Shown: in pieces, positions 58,258-64,000 of the stretch | Position numbering within the stretch: the stretch's first letter is position 1 | Layout of the letters: each line of letters begins with the position of its first letter | NCBI GenBank assembly: GCA_905178155.1 | Contig: CAJINV010000001.1 | Coordinates: 8,569,642 to 8,633,641, forward strand | Source: Amoebophrya sp. A120 | Taxonomy: Eukaryota; Protista; Dinoflagellata | Length of the DNA: 64,000 nt | Direction of reading: 5' to 3' | The notes under the pieces: model-generated | What the model saw: only the letters and a program-made list of their open reading frames with translations | Databases searched by the model: none | What the model was told of the DNA's origin: nothing | Made by a program: the position numbers and the translations under genes

Positions 58258-60051
58258 ATGAGTCGAAACTCCGCCAGTTCGCATGCAAATGGTAGCGCCG
58301 CCGCTGGAGGTGGCAGCACGGATGTTGCGAACTCGTCCGATACGACAATCCGACAGACCTTGCAGGAGCGCATGGTGAGGCAGAAAGAAAAGGAGTCTCT
58401 GTTGCAGCAGCAGCCGTCTATTGCCGAGAAGATCATGACCAAAAGCAAAAACGAAATTTTGGAGGAGTCGTATGGCGTCGCGATTCCGCGCCGGAGGTCG
58501 TCGGCTGCTGGCAACAGTGCAAGTAGAAGTGCGGGCTCCATAGTAGAAATGCAGGAGTGGCCGACAGAGCTCGCGCGACTCGATAAGCTGGAAGTAGATC
58601 CAGATGAAGCTGCGCAGGAGATTATAACAAGTAAAAATTACGGAAGCAGTTCTCCCTCTCTGATTCATAGTGTTCCTGGTAGCACGAGACTAACGACGGG
58701 CAGCGCCTTGCGAACGTCCACTGGCCGGCTGAAGACGCGTATCAGCTATGCGCCCTACGGCAACTGGGTTTGTCCCAATAGGTTACGAAAGCCACCGGAC
58801 TGGGATCCGGACTCAACCGATATCTACGTACCGAGAAACCAATATGAGTATGACGTGTGGAACCTGGCACTGCGAGCCGATCCGTGGATATTCCTGTTCT
58901 TTTCAGTCGCCTACTTCGCGCTGCCTTACATGATGTACGAGAAACTGTGGTTGGGAATATTAAGGAAAGACTTTACAACGAGAACAAGCTACTTGGCGTG
59001 GTTTTTTTCAAACGATGGGGCGGCATCAAATAGCGATTACGCCGCGCAAGCGCTGCGCTCGCAATACGATTTCGACGGTGAGTATTTCACGGGGGAGAAG
59101 CGTGCGATACTGGCTGAAATCTCCGAGTTCGTGACACCCCAGCGATGCTGTCTCGCGGCGTTCTGTTTCTACCTGCTCCTGTGGGGGTTTGCCAAGATGG
59201 TGGCGATTCCCTTTCCGCACATGGGCAGCAGTAACCTCGCCGCGTGGGGGAAGGGTGGCAGGATAATCTTCTTTACGAAGCACGGGCAACTTTTCCAGCT
59301 GGTGCACTACGGAGTGATGGTGCTTGCGTTCACGGCATTGAAATTTCGTTTTGCCGAAAGCTGGACGTCGGACACTCTGCGCTGGGGCATCTCTAGCACT
59401 TCGCAGACACGACCGTGGGCACAGGCGGGGTTCTTCGCAGACGCGTTTGACACCACGCTCCTTTTTGTGCTTCGGACCAGTGCGCAAATGTCGTTTTTCA
59501 CCGCCACGATGGGGTCCGCCGTGACCATTCTGTATGCGCTGCTGGTGGTGCCCGACGCCGGCTTCCAATTTGATTGCAAGCGGTACGACGAAGACTTCGG
59601 ATTTCCGCTGCGCAGGCTGCAAGACCAGAGTCACAACGTGCTGCTCGTCCTGGGCCTAATTGAAGTCACGGTGTTGCAACCTGGGACCAATTGGCTGCAG
59701 GTGTCGGGGGACGCGTCGTCAGCCGCGTGGTACGAGCCGACGCCGATGAAAAAACTCGCGAAGATGGGTGACGGCGTCCCGAAGTTCTACTTTCTGGTGC
59801 TGTGTGTTTTCTACCAGTGCTTCTACTTTGTGGGCATTGTGGCGCCGAATTACTGGGACACAGGCAACTGGCCATACGGCATTCTACGAAAAGTTGCCGG
59901 CCTCGGAATCGTCAAGGGCTGGGTTCCCTTTTTGCTCGGCGTTGGGATGTTTTGCTACACCTTGTTTCTCATTTTGGTCTTCGTTTTCCACGAGAGCGTT
60001 TTGCCGCACGTGATCACCCTCTGGCGGTCCTGGGCTGGAGCTTTGGTATAG
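58258..60051 (+). CDS. Multi-pass membrane protein, FAR-17a/AIG1-like C-terminal region
   Basis: About 7-8 hydrophobic helices; IIFFTKHGQLFQ (Thr), SHNVLLVLGLIE (His...Glu) and TGNWPYGIL resemble AIG1/ADTRP motifs; a possible upstream exon lies near 57966-58115. Confidence 0.6.
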   Translation: MSRNSASSHANGSAAAGGGSTDVANSSDTTIRQTLQERMVRQKEKESLLQQQPSIAEKIMTKSKNEILEESYGVAIPRRRSSAAGNSASRSAGSIVEMQEWPTELARLDKLEVDPDEAAQEIITSKNYGSSSPSLIHSVPGSTRLTTGSALRTSTGRLKTRISYAPYGNWVCPNRLRKPPDWDPDSTDIYVPRNQYEYDVWNLALRADPWIFLFFSVAYFALPYMMYEKLWLGILRKDFTTRTSYLAWFFSNDGAASNSDYAAQALRSQYDFDGEYFTGEKRAILAEISEFVTPQRCCLAAFCFYLLLWGFAKMVAIPFPHMGSSNLAAWGKGGRIIFFTKHGQLFQLVHYGVMVLAFTALKFRFAESWTSDTLRWGISSTSQTRPWAQAGFFADAFDTTLLFVLRTSAQMSFFTATMGSAVTILYALLVVPDAGFQFDCKRYDEDFGFPLRRLQDQSHNVLLVLGLIEVTVLQPGTNWLQVSGDASSAAWYEPTPMKKLAKMGDGVPKFYFLVLCVFYQCFYFVGIVAPNYWDTGNWPYGILRKVAGLGIVKGWVPFLLGVGMFCYTLFLILVFVFHESVLPHVITLWRSWAGALV

Positions 60052-61039
60052 CGCAGCTCGAACCGTCACCTACTTTGATGTCGACGTGATGAAAGAACAA
60101 GTAGTGTATGTTGTCAGAAAAATTGGTATATGTATACATGAAATCTCTCGCTATCGCTTACCCTATTCCCGTACTTGAATTGTAAAACATGAGCATGTAT
60201 GAACATCAATTTATTACCCGGATATCATTAATTTGAAACTAAGGAAAAGGATACGGAAAAAATACAAGCCGGACGACGCCCAATTGCTTTTGCCGGACTC
60301 CGGCGCGCGCCGCCGCGTTTGGTATCTCACAAGCGTTTTGGTTTTCCTTCCCCTACGCCTATTGAATGAAGAAATGACTATAGAGATTTCAGGTGTTGCA
60401 TTTTGTAATCGGGCAGCTGACTCTCCGAATATGCAATCCTGACTGGAGGTGAAAAATCACGGTTTCTTCATAATCGCAAGCGAGTTTCGGATTTGATGTC
60501 ATTGTGTATCAAAGCATTGAAATTGTTTCTGACCCGCACGCTTTTGAACCTGTTTCTGTATGATTTCCATTTGCCAGACAAATTTTCATATCGAACTGCA
60601 TTTCCAGCAGCGATCAATCGATTTCGAAAGGAAGCGTTAGTGGGGGTTCCGCTTCCGTTTCCCTTTCCTGAGTGCCCATGCCTACCGATCGTCGTGTGGA
60701 GATCGAAGCTGTCCTGATTTCCAATGACGGTGTTGTGTCCTTCATGATTTTCGGTATGTGAAGCAGAATGCACAAGTGTGATCCGATCGTGTGATGTGAT
60801 TCGTGTTATGTTTAGATCCACAATCTCTCGTTTTCTTTTGTTGTTTGCTCATTTATTTCTTTGCCCCGCACAAATCGTCGGTCAAGAAAAGTTTGTTTGA
60901 GTTTTCGTGAAGATGTGTGTTTCATCAGTTGAATTCGATTCCGTTTGCTCTTTGGTTTCCACCATATTTTCTGTCGTATGTATGTCTTAGCAGGATTACG
61001 GGTTTGCGTGCACTTGATTTCTGGAGCGCATTGCAAAAA

Positions 61040-64000
61040 ATGGCGGCAGAAATGAAGTATTTGGAAATCGGTGGTGGCCGAACCGCCATCACTGCGTCGT
61101 CAAGCAGTTATGAGCCACAAGCGAGAACGAGCAGCACGGCATGCTCGACGCAGCCACACCGTAAGGATAAAAGTGAAGATTCAAACAGCGCAATGATTGG
61201 CAATCACAATGGCTGTTCCAGAACCTCTTCGAGCGCAGAGTTCGAACTGTCGACCCTCGGCACTGAGCGAGCTTCTCGATCGTTTTCTGACGCTCATCGC
61301 CGCGGCAGGATAAAAAGGAGGCAAAAAAGTTGTGCCGCATCACGAAAAGCGCGGCGGCGCAGGCCAAGGCGGAGACCGGGGATAGAAATTTCAGATGGAA
61401 ACAACCACTACATCCGTGTGACTTCCTCCTCCTCGCCCCCACCTACCGCGACGACCAGAAACAAGACGCTGTGGCAGCGGACCTTCGCACTGTGTGCCTT
61501 GCTGCACCAGGTGAGCAACGCGCCAGGAGGTACTATTTCGTTGGTGAACGCGCAGGGCCTGCTGCAGCACGCTATGTGCCTGGACGAGCCCTTCGAGCCG
61601 CGGGCGGGGAATGCGACGCCTCGGCAGGTGGTGGAGCGGTGCGCCAAGTTGCTGGTAATGGACAATGAGTATAACTACGAAGACCCCGAGGTGCAGTACT
61701 GCAGCGGCGTCGTGCAGCTGTGGGCCGACCACGGCATGGCCCGGCGCGACCAGTGCTTCGTCGACTTCTGCTACCACCAGGTTTGCCTCATGTCGCTCAT
61801 CTTCTACGCCCTGTACTTCTTCCGCGTGGACGAGATCAACGAGGACATGTCGCTGTGCAGCCAGTCGTTCCTGCCCTTCGTCGCCGCGGTGGCGCTGATC
61901 CACGACATGGGCGCGCACATCAAGACCCGGAAGGTCGCGCGGGAGCAAAACCTGCCGGAGGACCAAGTGCCCAAGATCTCGGGGCAGGAAATCACGGGCG
62001 AGGAGAGTCGCGAGCTGCTGCAGGAGTTCTACCTACCCGAGGAGGAGTGGTCGGTCACGCACGTGGACATTCGCGATATGCTCGACAGCCGCAAGGCCAC
62101 CTGTCAGCGCCTGCGCCAGCGCCAAATGCGCGCGCAGCAACTCGTGTACGCAGAGAAGTTCGCGCTCAGTGCCGTCGGGAGCAGGAGGTCTAGTAGTCCC
62201 GCGGCGGGGGGGAAGATAGTTGGAGGTAAAGCAGAAGATAAGCTGCAACATCAGCTGAGCCTCGCCGGGACCACCGGCCCGAATCAGTCGCCATTGCAGG
62301 CGATCATGTCGGCGCAACATCCGCTAAAGATACCGGAACACGATGCCGCGCAGCGCGTGGCGCACTACGAGTGGATGCAGTGGGATGGCACCAACGCCAA
62401 TCCGGACGTCACGCTAAAGTACCGACGGCCGCGCAGCGATACGCCACCACCTTTGAAGGTCGGAATCTTACTCGGGGTGTCGAATGCCGAGGAGGTGCTG
62501 AAGCGGTATCAGCCGATCATCAATCTGTGGCGCTGCTACGCGAACTACCACCAAATCGAGTTTGTCACGCCAACAGACGACTACAACTTGAAGGCACATT
62601 TTCGCGCCGCAAACTGGTTTCGGTGGTATTCTTGATCCGAGGATCTTGTTTCGTACAAAAGGTCTCGTCGCGGAGTTGTCGTTTTCCTTGGATGCGTTGT
62701 ACTAGGGCCGAAAAATATAGTGGCAAACTGTGAGTGTGTGGACTTGGAGCGCTGTTCTTTCGGTAAACTTTTGAAAAAAAGTTTAAATAAAGTTCTGGCT
62801 GTACAAATTGTGTCAAGAAGCAGTTTCTCCATTAAATTTCAGGTACATGGCCGATCAGTTTCTGGAGCAGTATGATTGGCTGATTCTGGTCGACCCTGAC
62901 CAGTACATTGTCCCGGAGTGCTGGGGTCCGGACCGGTTTTCTTTTCTCTTCGACATTCTGCTAAAAACCGACAAGCACATTGTGATGCGGGACATTTTCC
63001 CGCCCCAGACGCTGAACAACGGCGTCACCATGCTGCGCAACAGCCCGCAGGGCCGGGCGTTCCTGAATTTGCTGCTCGAAAAGATCAGCTGGATCCAAAC
63101 CTTCCAGCACGACCAGGGCGCGTTCGATGAAACCGTGCTGGAAGTTGTCGGTGTGGTCGAACGAGCGCTGGCCCGAGCTGCGGCAGAAATCGACGCCGCT
63201 GCAGCGACGATTTCTCCAGCAGACGGTGACAGCAGTATGAAAAACGGTGGAGACGTCGAAACAAACAGCACGGAAGATGATAGCAACTCATCAGAGTTTG
63301 TCCCCTTCGCAAAACTGCCTGACGTCGACCCCTGGTTTCGCGGGAACGATTTGCGTAGCTTCGACCCCAACTTTTACGACAGCATCTGCATGCCCTGGCT
63401 GTTCCCGGACTCCAACGGCGCCCACCAGATCGCGGCCTACTCCATGTGCTGGTGGCAAAACCTCAAAGAATTCGCGGGTAAGTACTTACTAGCAAAATGT
63501 TGACTTTGCTTTTTCTGCTGTTGTGGTTGGGCATGCAGATTGATACATCTGCTTCTCGCTGCAGGCAATGCATGAACGCTGAACTCCTGAGCAGGAGAAT
63601 ATTGTAAACGGAAAATAAGAGGAAGATGATTATCATCATATATTTTAAGAACGAACGAATGAATCGACACGGGGACAGAGAACGTTCAACAACAATCCAG
63701 GGCCGTCTGGCAACCGAAGTAGCAAAATTGTGGAATTCATCGATCCCCGGTACGTTGATATGAATCACGTGGTCGGGTGGCGACGTCTCGAGGAGCCGGC
63801 GCTCCTGTACCACTTTGCGGGGCCGGGGAAGAACTTCGATGACATTCTGGAGAACTTTGGCCTGGAGCGCCACGTGACGGCGGACTGTCGCCGCGTCCAC
63901 GATTTTGTCGAGACGAAAATGGCGGAAAAAACCTGCGTCGCCGGCAATCAGGCGGTGAACGATATCCACCGGTTCTGTCCACCGCCTCTAGTGGTCTGCT
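61040..64000 (+). CDS. Glycosyltransferase, GT34 (GMA12/MNN10-like); runs off the window end
   Basis: LWRCYANYHQIEF, W|YMADQFLEQYDWLILVDPD (DxD), LNNGVTMLRNS, HDQGAF, LLYHFAG; GT-AG introns 62626-62842 and ~63478-63700. Confidence 0.8.

Overview
Eukaryotic, intron-containing genomic DNA with essentially all host genes on the + strand. The gene style and the inverted-repeat non-canonical introns suggest a dinoflagellate-lineage alveolate such as the syndinian parasite Amoebophrya (inference). Host genes include a U-box E3 ligase, a kringle/sushi/PAN-like single-pass membrane protein, a possible TFIIF-alpha, an ankyrin-tailed glutaminase, YJU2/CWC16, MON1/SAND, an AIG1/FAR-17a-like membrane protein, a GT34-like glycosyltransferase and several hypothetical proteins. 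The main signal is a set of 10 TIR elements ('introners') in three families. They have TATC...GATA-type ends, 32-33 bp TIRs, 5-bp target-site duplications and a shared internal TTGTCATGC-like motif. Nine lie in coding exons, in either orientation, and removing the element plus one TSD restores the reading frame exactly, mostly without GT-AG. One copy (18326-25036) is expanded to 6.7 kb by a 6.4-kb insert that is flanked by a 17-bp duplication of the introner's internal palindrome and carries an intact APE-RT non-LTR retrotransposon ORF. The window also holds a decayed DIRS/Ngaro-like RT-RNaseH relic with apparently directional A>G decay and a degenerate tandem paralog array of the kringle gene's 3' exons. 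All calls were made by eye, with no database searches.
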